Source: the human T2T-CHM13v2.0 reference genome, Homo sapiens. From it: 64,000 nucleotides of DNA. The notes below the pieces were generated by a model. The model was not told the DNA's origin and searched no databases. It was given only the letters and a program-made list of their open reading frames with translations. The position numbers and the translations under genes were made by a program. Where the stretch lies: the NCBI RefSeq assembly GCF_009914755.1, contig NC_060928.1, one strand, 5' to 3'. Below are positions 30,219 to 42,384 of the stretch, in pieces (within the stretch, counting starts at the first letter, position 1; the number at the start of each line of letters is the position of its first letter).

Positions 30219-32280
30219 CAAGGATGCCTTCTCTCACCACTCCTATTCAACATAATGTTGGAAGTTCTGGCCAGGGCACTCAGGCAAGAGAAAGTAATAA
30301 AGGGTATTCAGTTAGGAAAAGAGGAAGTCAAATTGGCCCTGTTTGTAGAGGACGTGATTGTATATTTAGAAAACCCCATCGTCTCAGCCCAAAATCTCCT
30401 TAAGCTGATAAGCAACTTCAGCAAAGTCTCAGGATACAAAATCAATGTACAAAAATCACAAGCATTCCTACGCACCAATAACAGACAAACAGAGAGTCAA
30501 ATCATGAGTAAAGTCCCGTTCACAATTACTACAAAGAGAATAAAATACCTAGGAATCCAACTTACAAGGGATGTAAAGGACTTCTTCAAGGAGAACTACA
30601 AACCATTGCTCAACAAAATAAAAGAGGACACAAACAAATAGAAGAACATTCCATGCTCATGGATAGGAAGAATCAATACCGTGAAAATGGTCATATTGCC
30701 CAAGATAATTTACAGATTCAATGTCATCTCCATCAAGCTACCAATGACTTTCTTCACAGAATTGGAAAAAACTACTTTAAAGTTCATATGGAACCAAAAA
30801 AGAGCCTGCATAACCAAGACAATCTTAAGCAAAAAGAACAAAGCCGGAGGCATAACGCTACCTGACTTCAAACTATACTACAAGACTACAGTAACTAAAA
30901 GAGCATGGGACTGGTACCAAAGCAGATATATAGACCAATGGAACAGAACAGAGCCCTCAGAAATAATGCCGCATATATACAACTATCTGATCTTTGACAA
31001 ACCTGACAAAAACAAGAAATGGGGAAAGGATTCCCTATATAATAAATGGTGCTGGGAAAACTGGCTAGCCATATGTAGAAAGCTGAAACTGGAATCCTTC
31101 CTTACACCTTATGCAAAAATTAATTCAAGATGGATTAAAGACTTAAATGTTAGACCTAAAACTATAAAATCCCTAGAAGAAAACCCAGGCAATACCATTC
31201 AGGACATAGGCATGGACAAGGACTTCATGACTAAAATACCAAAAGCAATGGCAACAAAAGCCAAAATAGACAACTGGGATCTAATTAAACTAAAGAGCTT
31301 CTGCTCTGCAAAAGAAACTACCATCAGAGTGAACAGGCAACCTACAGAATGGGAGAAAATTTTTGCAATCTACTCATCTGACAAAGGGATAATATCCAGA
31401 ATCTACAAAAAAATCAAACAAATTTACAAGAAAAACACAAACAACCCCATCAAAAAGTGAGCAAAGGATATAAAGAGACACTTCTCAAAAGAAGACATTT
31501 ATGCAGCCAAAAGACACATGAAAAAATGCTATCACTGGCCATCAGAGAAATGCAAATCAAAACCACAATGAGATACCATTGCACACCAGTTAGAATGGCG
31601 ATCGTTAAAAAGTCAGGAAACAACAGGTGCTGGAGAGGATGGGGAGAAATAGGAACACTTTTACACTGTTGGCGAACTGTAAACTAGTTCAACCATTGCG
31701 GAAGACAGTGTGGTGATTCCTCAGGGATCTAGAACTAGAAATGCCATTTGACCCAGTGATCCCATTACTGGGTATATACCCAAAGGATTATAAATCATGC
31801 TACTATAAAGACACACGCACATGTATGTTTACTGCAGCACTATTCACAATAGCAAAGACTTGGAACCAACCCAAATGTCCATCAATGATAGACTGGATTA
31901 AGAAAATGTGGCACATATACACCATGGAATACTAAGCAGCCATAAAAAAGGATGAGTTCATGTCCTTTGCAGGGAATGGATGAAGCTGGAAACCACCATT
32001 CTGAGCAAACTATCACAAGGACAGAAAACCAAACACTGCTTGTTCTTATCTATAGGTGGGAATTGAACAATGAGAACACTTGGACACAGGGCGGGGAACA
32101 TCACACACCGGGGCCTGTTAGGGGGTGGGGGGAGGGGGAGGGATAGCATTAGGAGAAATACCTAATGTAAATGACGAGTTGATGGGTGCAGCAAACCAAC
32201 ATGACACATGTATACCTTTGTATCAAACCTGCACGTTGTGCATATGCACCCTAGAACTTAAAGTATAACAACCAAAAAAG
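30219..32280 (+). mobile_element. 5'-truncated L1PA5/6-like LINE-1
   Basis: ORF2 RT and C-terminal fragments (259-aa ORF); 3'UTR GTAAATGACGAGTTGATGGGTGCAGCAAACCAAC; 18-bp TSD A(A/G)AATATTTTGTCTTTTT at 30201-30218 and 32281-32298. Confidence 0.95.
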
Positions 32281-34197
32281 AGAATATTTTGTCTTTTTTC
32301 TTCTTGCAGCAATGAGGATAGTTTTACCTTTTTTGCAGTCAGAATATATCTATAACAATACCATAAAATAATCAGGAAGTAGGTTGAAGTTCAGAAAAAA
32401 TTTTGCTGCTAGTCCAAAAGCCAGATGGACCACAATTTAACTTTGTTCAGAGCCTCTGCTTCCGTAAAAGAGAGAGTAAAGGAAAGATGGAATGAACAGA
32501 AAATAGACATATTTTCCTACCAGAAAATGTATCCAGCAAAGGGACAATAGCTGATTGATTTTTGAAGAATATTTTTCCTTTCAGCACTCACAACTTTTGA
32601 GTTCCCTTATCTGTCCACTCTAAGTACATTTTAGTCATAGTATAAGACCCTTAGTAAGATAATTATTAGTTGAATGTTTGATATTTTTGTATGCTAGCAC
32701 TATGCAAATATGTATCACTTTTCATATGTGAGGTATTATGTTAGGCACTTTAATATTACTGTTATTTAATCTTCAAAACAAACTTGTTCTTCTCATAGGT
32801 AAACATCCAGCAAATACTGGTTGAATAAATGAATAATAGAGAAATATGTTATCTTTATTTTACAGACAAGGAAACAGGTTCATACTGATAAAATAATTTG
32901 ACTGATGCCAGGTTGCCACTAAATGTCCAGGTCAGAGTTCAGATCCTGAAAATCTTACAATGAGTCCATAATTTCTATTATACAATTGTCTCCTGAAATA
33001 GGTAACTAGTTTTTAAAAATGGCTTTATTTAAGGTAACTCTTTGAGACTAATGAGTGTCATTTCTGAGCACCTAATAAGTATAACTGGGAGATAAGAGAT
33101 AAGCAATCTCATAAAGACCTATCTAAATCCCAGGAAGTTAATGACTTAATTCCTGTCTACCTTCTTCTTTCTAAAGTAGAGATGCTGTTCAAATGAGTGT
33201 GGTCTTAGGAGAACAAAGATTATAACATCCTTAACCCTTGCCTCCATGGCCATTAGAATATCACTGAAGCTCCTCATGCCTCCCTCTTACTGTCCCTAGT
33301 AAATATCTGGGAAATATAACTGCTTTTGACATCTGACCTCAGGAGGAGGAAAATTGGAGAACTATTTAAAAAGTCACTACAGTAAATGTATACAAAAGAA
33401 CCACAAATGTAGGAAGGAAAAAGAAGATCTGAGAAAGTGAATGAGGAACGTTTACATTTTGTTTTAAATTACTATCAATAAATAACTCTTTCAGAAATGG
33501 TCTTTGAAAACCAAAGGCAAATATGCTAGACAATGGGAGTTATATATATGAACTAAACACAAGATGTTTAAGCTTTGGTGTGCACGCTTATTTTATCAAC
33601 ATGCCATATGCATGCACTTTCAAATGCAAACTTCAAAACATTTTGTATTTTACTCATGAAATACTTGAAAATTATGAATTTCACAATCATGATGGAATTT
33701 AAAAGACCAGTTAAATGTTGATTTTAATTAGAAACATGATGATCTCCATTCACAAAATTATAGAACCAGTGTATAGAACCACCAAATATTGTCAGTATAA
33801 TTCACACAGAAATATTAACATTTGAACAAATCCTATATTTAATCATTCATTATTTACACATCAAGTATCTGTTCTTATATTACTGTGCTATCTTGGCTCT
33901 TTTTGGTAAAATCCAAAACTAACCTGATAGGGTTTCACACATTGTTAAAAATCTCCATGGACTAATTTTGCAACCCCCTGGATCATAGTCAGCTCTTCAC
34001 TGTAGGGTCTTTATGTCCACAAGTGGACCCTTCAGGTATGAGAGGCTTCAGTTTTAATGGACTCCTAAGAGCTAACAATGAACCAAACAGAAATATAGAA
34101 TAGTTAAAAGGGCAAAATTGATAAGGATTATGATCCTGTGCATTTTTAAACATTATCTAAACAGGATCCTTGCCAAGAATATACATAGATTATAAAT

Positions 34198-34214
34198 ATG
34201 TGTGTGTCTGTGTA

Positions 34215-34250
<36 letters not shown>

Positions 34251-34275
34251 CACACACACACACACACACACATAC
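34198..34275. repeat. Compound (TG)(TA)n(CA)n microsatellite
   Basis: Direct observation. Confidence 0.95.
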
Positions 34276-34352
34276 ACCTGAGACTGGATAATTTATAAAG
34301 GAAAGAGGTTTAATTGACTTACAGTTCTGCATTGCTGGGGAGGCCTCAGGAA
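34276..34352 (-). mobile_element. Isolated ~77-bp internal fragment of an MST/THE1 LTR
   Basis: ACCTGAGACTGGATAATTTATAAAGGAAAGAGGTTTAATTGACTTACAGTTCTGCATTGCTGGGGAGGCCTCAGGAA; no LTR termini. Confidence 0.85.
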
Positions 34353-35039
34353 TAACTATATATGTAGTTATTCAACTTAGTTTAGCTAGTTCCTTTATGA
34401 AAGGTTTTCATTCCAAAGGGACTCACTTCACTCCACCTAAGAGGAATGCTCAAGCAAGTCACTGCAGATTAGGCTCTTTATGCACTGTCTTTCACCTAGC
34501 CCACACCAACTTCTTCATTATTTGCACTCCTTCATCTTGTTTCTTTGGATGCAAAATCTAGTTAAACATGATGAAAAGCCTCAACTCTGCTGCCTATGAA
34601 TGTCTTCCCTCCTCTCCTACTCTCTACTTTTATCTATTGCCTTCTAAGTATACCTTGTGGAGACTAGACCTCTCTAGTTCCAGATCTGCCTCAATCCCTT
34701 TTCCCTTGCTTTTTTCACTCCCAAATCTTATTTTAGCATTTTTTACTTCGGGTCTTTCATTCACTGAATAAATGTTTATTGAGATCCCACCATGTGGTCA
34801 GCACTGTTTTAGATACATAAAAGACAGCAATGAACAGGAGTCCTGGTTGTCACAAAACATCCACTGTAGTGTGGGCACAGAGAGTAAAAGTAAACAACAG
34901 AATACATAACATATCTTCAGGGAGTTGGTGCCAAGAATAAAACACAGCAGCATATAAGCCTAGAGAATAAATGTGGGGCAGGGAAGTCTCTTTTAAATAC
35001 GTGGTCAGAAAAGATCTGTAAAGGAAGGAGAACAGAGAC

Positions 35040-35407
35040 TGTTTTAATCAGGCTGCCATAACAACACATCATAGACTTGGGTGACTTAAACAACAGAAAT
35101 CTATTTTCTCACAGTTCTGGAGGCTAGGAGTCCAACTTCAGGATGCCAGGATAGTCTGTTTCTGGTAAGGAATGCCTGCCTTGCCTGGGGACAGCTGCTG
35201 TTTCCTCATGTGACAAGGAGAGAGACACAGAAAACTCTCATTTCTCTTCATATAAGGGCACTAATCCCATCATGAGAGTCCCACCCTCAAGACCTCATTT
35301 TAATCTAGCTATCTCCAAAAAGCCCCTTCTCCAAACACCATTAACTTGGGGGTTTAAGCTTCAACATATTAAGTTAAGTGTGAGAGGACACAATTCATTC
35401 CATGGTG
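35040..35407 (-). mobile_element. MLT1A-type MaLR solo LTR
   Basis: GGCTGCCATAACAACACATCATAGAC...TTCTCACAGTTCTGGAGGCTAGGAGTCC...AAGGGCACTAATCCCATCATGAG. Confidence 0.88.
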
Positions 35408-36224
35408 GAACCCTGAATGATGTCAATGAGTGAAAATCTTATGGAGGAGATATTCCAGCTGGAGTGCCATGAAGCAAGAATCAGCTTGGACGATTTGAAG
35501 AATGGAAGGCCAGTATAGTTAAAACAGAATGAGAAAGTGGGAGAGTGGTAAGAACAAGGATGGAGAGACAGACAGGGGCCAGAGCATGGCAAACATTATA
35601 GGAGCAGGGAGGAATTGAGGGATTATTTTGAATATAATCTAAATAAATAGATGGATTTTGAGAAAGAACATTACTTGATCTAATTTATGTTTAAAAGAAA
35701 ATCACCCCCCGCTGCTATGTGACGAATGGACTAAAGTGGGAACACGAGTGAAAGCATCCTTGTTTGGAGGCTCTTAGAAAAGTCTAAGTGGGAGATAATG
35801 ATCCTAGTTTAACAGTAGTGGAAATAGTGACAGGTGATGGGACTTAGTATGTATTTTGAAGGTAGAACCGACAGGACTTGCTGATAGAGCAGGTGTTGAA
35901 AGTAAGAAAAAGAAGAGTGAGATAAAGACAGCAATGACAGCTTATTAGTTTTGTCTTCAGCAGTGACATAAACAGTGATACTGTTTTCTGAGATTAATTA
36001 GAATTAGACAAGGAGGGGAGACATGATAAGATGGAAATTAAGGGTTCAATTTAACATATAAAGTTTGAGATGTCTCTTAGATATCCAAGTAAAGGCTTAA
36101 TGCTGAAAAAGTCAATGGAAGGGTTACAAATGAACATATAACTTGGAAGCCATCAGCAGAGATGTGGTATTTAATTCTATGGAACTGAATGAGGTCACTT
36201 AGGAGAGTCTAGAAAAATAAACAC

Positions 36225-36591
36225 TATATTAGTCTGTTTTCACACTGCAATAAAGAAACTACCTGAGACTGGATAATTTATAAAGGAAAGAGGTTTGACT
36301 CATAGTTCTGCACTGCTGGGGAGGCCTCAAGAAACTTACAATCATGACAGAAGGTGAAGGAGAAGCAGGCACCTTCTTCACAAGGAGACAGGAGAGACAG
36401 AGAGAGGAACTTCCAAACAAACACTTTTCAAACCATCAGTCCTCACGAGAACTCCGGCACTATCATGAGAATAGTGTGGAGGAAAAGCTGCCCCCATGAT
36501 CCAATCACCTCCCACCAGGTCACTCCCTTGACACATGGGGAATACAATTTGAGATGAGATTTGGGTAACGACACAGAGCCAAACCATATCA
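36225..36591 (-). mobile_element. MSTA/THE1D-type MaLR solo LTR
   Basis: TATATTAGTCTGTTTTCACACTGC ... GATGAGATTTGGGT...CCAAACCATATCA; no clean TSD seen. Confidence 0.9.
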
Positions 36592-37732
36592 GAGGCCAAC
36601 AGGTGAACTCTAGTGCTGCACATTTAGAGACAGGTAATAGGAGGAAAAGTTACCAAAGATGTTGAGGAAAGGCTAGCAGAGCTGTAGAAAGAAAACCCAG
36701 GAGAGTGTTCAACCATGCCACACTCTGCTGAGAGCTTAAGGTGGAAAAGCACAGTAAATGGATCACTGGACTTGACAAGATGGAAGCCAATAGCTACCTC
36801 CATTTTTAGTAGACTTTTAGTGATGTCATGGTGACAAAAAATTGGAACAGGTTAAAGAGAGAATTGGAGAAAAGAAAGTGGAGAAAGCCAGTAGAGACAT
36901 TTCTTTTAAGGAGTTTTACTCTTGAAAGAGATCAGAAATATGTGGCAGCAGCTAGAGAGAACAATGGGTCAAGGGAAGATTTCTTAAGATAGAAAAGAAT
37001 AGCAAGTTTGTATGCCGATGGAAATCACTTGGGAGGGGATAATTGATTCAGGCATAAAAGAAAAGAGACAGAAAGAAAATAACTGTAAGAAAAAAGACCT
37101 TGAGTAGACAAGAGTGGATGGAATCCTGTGCCAAAGGAGAGAGTTTGGATGTATACAACAGCAGAGAGAATTCATTGAATTCAATAGAAGAAAAGTCAGG
37201 GTGCGGCTTTACATAAGGTATGTCTTGAAATTTGTTAGGGGAAAGATGGACTAGTTTTCTTCTGAATGAAGGGGGAAGAGATTGAATTTGAGGTTTGAAG
37301 AGAGCAAGTGTGAGGTAATTATGAAAGTAAATGAGAAAGTAAAATTATATCTTTTATATAATACAATAAAAGTAAATTTCTTTTGAAACCTAATTCCTAT
37401 TTGCAACACTGTTTGTATAGATAATTATTTCAAATAATGTCACATATAATAAAGCCCACATTTCCAAAAAATAACCCTGCTGTTATTCAAGTAAGTGAAG
37501 TATTCCTTTCTTACAAAACTAATACTACACTAATGAAATTTTGCTAACAAAATCCACCAAGTTGCTCATTACCTCCTATTAAGTAAAGTCTTATTATATC
37601 TAATACTCTCTTTTTTTATTAAGGAACTAAAACCCTGTTAACCATATTTAGTCTGTTTTGGATGAAGAAGTCCAAATTTTTCAAGCAAGAAGCAATTATT
37701 TTAAAGAAAATAAGCTGACAATAAAAAATCTC

Positions 37733-38311
37733 TATCAGGTTCCAGCCCCAGCTGAGACCCAGAAGGACTGGGTGGATGGGCAGAAAGAACACTTGGGGGG
37801 CCGTAGGCAGGAGAATATGGTTTTATTCAGCAGCAGCTCTCATCAATAGCTTTCTTACACTGGCTGTCTCACACTGTCTGCCCTGTCTCGGCTGCTTGAG
37901 GCGGCAGCTCCAACACACAGCTGCATGGCTGGCTTGACCCTGCCTTCAGGGTCAGTAGCTTAACTCTTTTTTCTCTCTGGGCACGAGCACAAGCCATAAC
38001 ATGCCATGCCGTGCTGAGCCATGCTGTAGCTCCCCTCTGTTCATTGGCAAGATGGACAGTTTTGGCTCTCTCTCTCTTTCTGGGCACCAGAGCCTGCAGA
38101 GGAGCCGTGCTGGGCCAAGCCAAGCCCTGTGCAGTGTCAGCAGGGCAATTATACCTTTTACAGACAATAGTGGCTCAGGGCCAAGTCTGAACTTACACAG
38201 TTTATATAACAAGTAGAGGTCTGTGCCTGCAAGCCAAACTCACTGAGCCACGCCAGCCTGGATATCCGCCTCGGCCTATTCCTTGACCAAAGCACATCCA
38301 TGTGCCTTACA
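37733..38311 (-). mobile_element. LTR18 (HERV18/HERV-S, ERVL) solo LTR, copy 1
   Basis: Minus strand begins TGTAAGGCACATGGATGTGCTTTGGTCAAGGAATAGGCCGAGGCGG; perfect 5-bp TSD ATCTC at 37728-37732 and 38312-38316. Confidence 0.88.
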
Positions 38312-38883
38312 ATCTCAGTAAGGTGAAAAACACTCATTGTCACTGTATTTTCTAGAACACACACTGAACTTGAACATTGGAGAACAAAATACCCTGGGAA
38401 GATTTCCCTGAAAGTTTTAATAAGAGTACATGCACGTGAAGAGGTCCATTTATGTTTAAATTCACTACTTCTTTTTCATTATTTTAATTGTTAGGTTCAC
38501 AATTACACCAAATGTCCCTCTTGGGGACAGATTCCAGGCCATGCTGAGGTCTGAGGGGAGTGGGTAGATGAATGGCAGATAGCTGAAAGAACCCTCGGGG
38601 GGCTGTAGGTAGGTGAAATGTAGTTTTTTTCAGCAGCTCTCCCATCAGCAGCTTACTCACATTAGCTCTCTCACTGTCCACCTTTATCTCTGCTGTTTGC
38701 TCCGGCTCTGCAGCTCCTCTCAGCAGCCGGCTCCCACGCACAGCTGCACAGCCAGTCTGCAAGGTAAGCTCTCCCTTACAGTTTTAGCAGCTCAATTCTT
38801 TCCCTCTGGGCACAAGCTGATTCCTGGCTTCCCACTGCCCCCCTTCAAGGTGACCAGCTCTTCCTTACACTGGTCAGTAGTGC

Positions 38884-40169
38884 TGAGAGGTGACAGCGTG
38901 CTGGCAGTCCTCACAGCCCTCGCTCGCTCTTGGCGCCTCCTCTGCCTGGGCTCTCACTTTGGCAGCACTTGAGGAGCCCTTCAGCCCACCGCTGCACTGT
39001 GGGAGCCCCTTTTTGTGCTGGCCAAGGCCGGAGCAGGCTCCCTCAGCTTGCAGGGAGGTGTGGAGGGAGAGGCAAGAGCGGGAACCCGGGCTGCGCGCGG
39101 CGCTTGCGGGCCAGCTGGAGTTTCCGGTGGGCGTGGGCTTGGCGGGCCCCGCACTCGGAGCAGCCGGCGGGCCCTACCGGCCCCGGGCAATGAGGGGCTT
39201 AGCACCCGGGCCAGCGGCTGCGGAGGGTGTACTGGGTCCCCCAGAAGTGCCAGCCCACCGGCGCTGCTCTTGATTTCTCACCGGGCCTTAGCTACCTTCC
39301 CGCGGGGCAGGGCTCGGGACTTACAGCCCTCCATACCTGAGCCTCCCACCCCCTCCTTGGGCTCCTGTGCCGCCTGAGCCTCCTGGAAGAGCGCTGCCCC
39401 CTGCTCCACGGCGCCCAGTCCCTTCGACCACTCAAGGGCTGAGGAGTGCGGGTGTACGGCGCGGGACTGGCAGGCAGCTCCACCTGCAGCCCCTGTGCGG
39501 GATCCACTGGGTGAAGCCAGCTGGGCTCCTGAGTGTGGTGGGGATGTGGAGAATCTTTATGTCTAGCTCAGGGATTGTAAATACACCAATCAGCACCCTG
39601 TGTCTAGCTCAGGGTTTGTGAATGCACCAATCGACACTCTGTATCTAGCTACTCTGGTGGGGCCTTGGAGAACCTTTGTGTCCACACTCTGTATCTAGCT
39701 AATCTGGTGGGGAGGTGAAGAACATTTGTGCCTAGCTCAGGGATTGTAAAGGCACCAATCAGCGCCCTGCCAAAACAGACCACTAGGCTCTACCAATCAG
39801 CAGGATGTGGGTGGGGCCAGATAAGAATAAAAGCAGGCTGCCCCAGCCAGCAGTAGCAACCTGCTGGGGTCCTCTTCCACATTGTGGGGGCTTTGCTCTT
39901 TTGCTCTTTGCAATAAATCTTGCTGCTGCTCACTCTTTGGGTCCACACTGCTTTTATGAGCTGTAGTACTCACTGTGAAGGTCTGCAGCTTCACTCCTGA
40001 GCCAGCAAGACCACGAACCCACCAGAAGGAAGAAACTCTGAATACATCTGAGCATCAGAAGGAACAAACTCCGGACACGCTGCCTTTAAGAACTGTAACA
40101 CTCACCGCGAGAGTCCGCGGCTTCATTCTTGAAGTCAGTGAGACCAAGAACCTACCAATTCCAGACACA
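38884..40169 (+). mobile_element. LTR12C (HERV9) solo LTR
   Basis: TGAGAGGTGACAGCGTGCTGGCAGTCCTCACAGCCCTCGCTCGCTCT ... CCAATTCCAGACACA; 4-bp TSD GTGC at 38880-38883 and 40170-40173; CpG-rich. Confidence 0.95.
39560..39860 (+). promoter_or_regulatory. LTR12 U3 enhancer/promoter: tandem CCAAT (NF-Y) repeats, GC/GT box, GATA and TATA-like AATAAAA
   Basis: CCAAT at 39586, 39627, 39755, 39793; GGGTGGGG at ~39809; GATA at 39820; AATAAAA at 39826. Confidence 0.65.
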
Positions 40170-40744
40170 GTGCTACTCTCTCTCTGGGGACCAGAGTGCA
40201 TGCCACGTCCAGGCGGGCCATGCCCTGGCTCTCCTCTGTCCATCTGCAAGATGAGCAGCTCTGGTTCTCTATTTTTCTGGGCTCCAGCAGCTCCTGTACA
40301 GCAATAGCAGGGCAGTTGTACCTGCTAAGACAATAGTGGCTCAGAGCCAAGTATGAACTTACACAAACAGGTTATATAACAAGTGGAGCATGCACTGGTG
40401 CACCAATCCCGCTAACTCGTGCATGCCTGGATGTCTGCCTGGGTCTAATTCTTGACCAAAGTGTACCCATGTACCTTATAATAATGGAGCTTTATCAATA
40501 AATACAAAACAAATTAAACATTGAATATTATATAAATATGTGTTCTGTGAAGAATATGTTAGAATCTCATTTGTTTAGAATATTCTCTATAGTTCTAGTT
40601 TATTTAAGTCACTATATATATAAATATTACTGTTTTGTCTTTTTTTACAATCACCATGGAATTATTTGAACTGGGAAATGTCCAGTGAACTCTATATTAC
40701 ACTCATATTTAGAATACACAAAATCTGGGTTAATCTGTACATTC

Positions 40745-41171
40745 AGTTAGGACTGCCTGAGAAGTTGACTCTGAGCCAGGGACTAGCCTACAGCAAGTTT
40801 GCTGGGAAGTGCTGTAGGTATTATCAGCTGGAAGAAGAGAGAAGGAAGCAGGATTGAACAGAGGGTGAGGTTGTGCTGCAGTACATTCTCAACAAAGTCC
40901 TTAGTTGAAACCGTGAGAGCACTGCAGCTAGGATGGCTTTTCAGAGTTGTCCCCAGCTGGGGAGAGGAAGAAAAGGTTTTGCACCCAGTTTAAACACCAG
41001 AGACAGAGTATGAATTTCCCCTGGGAAGGGGACATAATTTGCCCAAGGCAGTTCTCTTCAGCTGAGGACCATTTCCAGCTGTGATCTAGCAGGCAGCAGT
41101 ACTCCTGGCAGCTGGAGGAAAAGCCCTTCAGTTCTACAGGAGGAGCAGTGGGCAGCACATGGTCCACTACA
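40745..41171 (-). mobile_element. LTR16-type ERVL solo LTR
   Basis: Minus strand starts TGTAGTGGA; CTCAGCTGAAGAGAACTGCCTTGGGCAA motif. Confidence 0.65.
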
Positions 41172-41939
41172 AGAGTAAAGATCATCTTAGCTCCATTGTA
41201 AAATTGAGAAAAAAAATGATAGTTTTAAGGGTTGCTTTTGAAAATGCAGAATCAAATCAGTTTTTCCTACAGGTGCAGTATGTTTTGTGGGAACAGGAGT
41301 AAGTAAAGGATTTTTTTTTTCTCTGAGTATGTGTTGATGTGTTGACCTCAGAGTCCAGAGAGGTCCTGACCAGCAGCTCAGAGCTGAGAACTCTAATATG
41401 CACAAGATTCCCTGTAATCACAAGAGGACTTGGATGGAATGTGACAAGTGCCACCTTTATCTTTGAGGAAAGGTATTTACAGGTCAACGCAGGTGATTAA
41501 CTGCAAATTAGAGGACCACTAGTAAAGAGTCAGTAATTTGGTGGTCTCCACTCCCCCCAGGGACACAGGATATGGAGAATTATCAACATAGCTATCCTCT
41601 GTTGAAAATCTAGAGAATGTGACCCGAATAGTAGTAGTGATGATGTCAGTAGTAATAACATTAGTTTTAGTAATAGTAGTAGCAGAGGTAGCAAAACCAC
41701 TTATTAAGTAATGAGTATGTTCTATGTAACAGGCATTGCATTAAGGACCATAATTGAATTACAAAAAGTAAAATAACTTCCAAGGCTACCTGCTGATGAC
41801 AAGCAGAACTAAAATTTGGCTATCCATCTATATTACTCCAAAATATTATGTTTACTACATAAATGATGGTCTAGAAAGAAGGTTTTAAACACAAATTCCT
41901 TCAAAAGTTACACAAATAAAAATGGGTGAAGTAGGCTGC

Positions 41940-42384
41940 TGTGATGGTTAATATTGAGTGTCAACTTGATTGGAATGAAGGATGCAAAGCATTGTTTCTG
42001 GGTGTGTCTGTGAGGGTGTTGCCAAAGATTAACAGTTGAGTCAGTGGACTGAGAAAGGCAGATCCCTCGGTCTGGATGGGCACAATCTAATCAGCTACCA
42101 GCATAGCCAGAATAAAAGCAGGCAGAAGAACATGGAAAGACTAGACTGGTTTAGTCTTCTGGCCTCCATCTTTCTCTTGTGCTGGATGCTTCTTGCCCTT
42201 GAACATCGGACTCCAAGTTCTTCAGCTTTGGGACTTGGACTGGCTTCCTTGCTTCTCAGCTTGCAGATGGCCTATAGTGGGACTTCACCTTGTGATCGTG
42301 TGAATCAGTACTCCTCAATAAGCTCTCTTTTAATATACACCTATCCTATTAGTTCTATCCCTCTAGAGAGCCCTGACTAATACA
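41940..42384 (+). mobile_element. MLT2A-type (HERV-L) solo LTR
   Basis: TGTGATGGTTAATATTGAGTGTCAACTTGATTGG ... CTAGAGAGCCCTGACTAATACA. Confidence 0.92.

Larger units (their letters stand above)
34755..37320 (-). mobile_element. Long L2 remnant hosting MLT1A and MST insertions
   Basis: AAATGTTTATTGAG 3' end; TATTTTGAAGGTAGAACCGACAGGACTTGCTGAT; AAGTTTGAGATGTCTCTTAGATATCCAAGT; GGAGTTTTACTCTTGAAA. Confidence 0.8.
38489..40480 (-). mobile_element. LTR18 solo LTR, copy 2, split by LTR12C
   Basis: Homologous to copy 1 at both ends (GACAATAGTGGCTCAG..CCAAGT, CTTGACCAAAG); TSD TTAAT (38484-38488) / ATAAT (40481-40485). Confidence 0.85.

Noticed and set aside
39560-39800. Repeat-spacer-like array (TCTAGCT...CACCAATC units)
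   Set aside because: These are the known U3 tandem repeats of LTR12, not a CRISPR-like array; the spacers are homologous to each other and no cas genes exist.
37658-40350. Dense overlapping 60-127 aa ORFs
   Set aside because: By-product of GC-rich LTR18/LTR12C sequence with few stop codons; no gag/pol/env similarity.
37733-40480. Deleted HERV18 provirus (LTR-internal-LTR)
   Set aside because: Each LTR has its own TSD and the outer flanks (ATCTC vs ATAAT) do not match.
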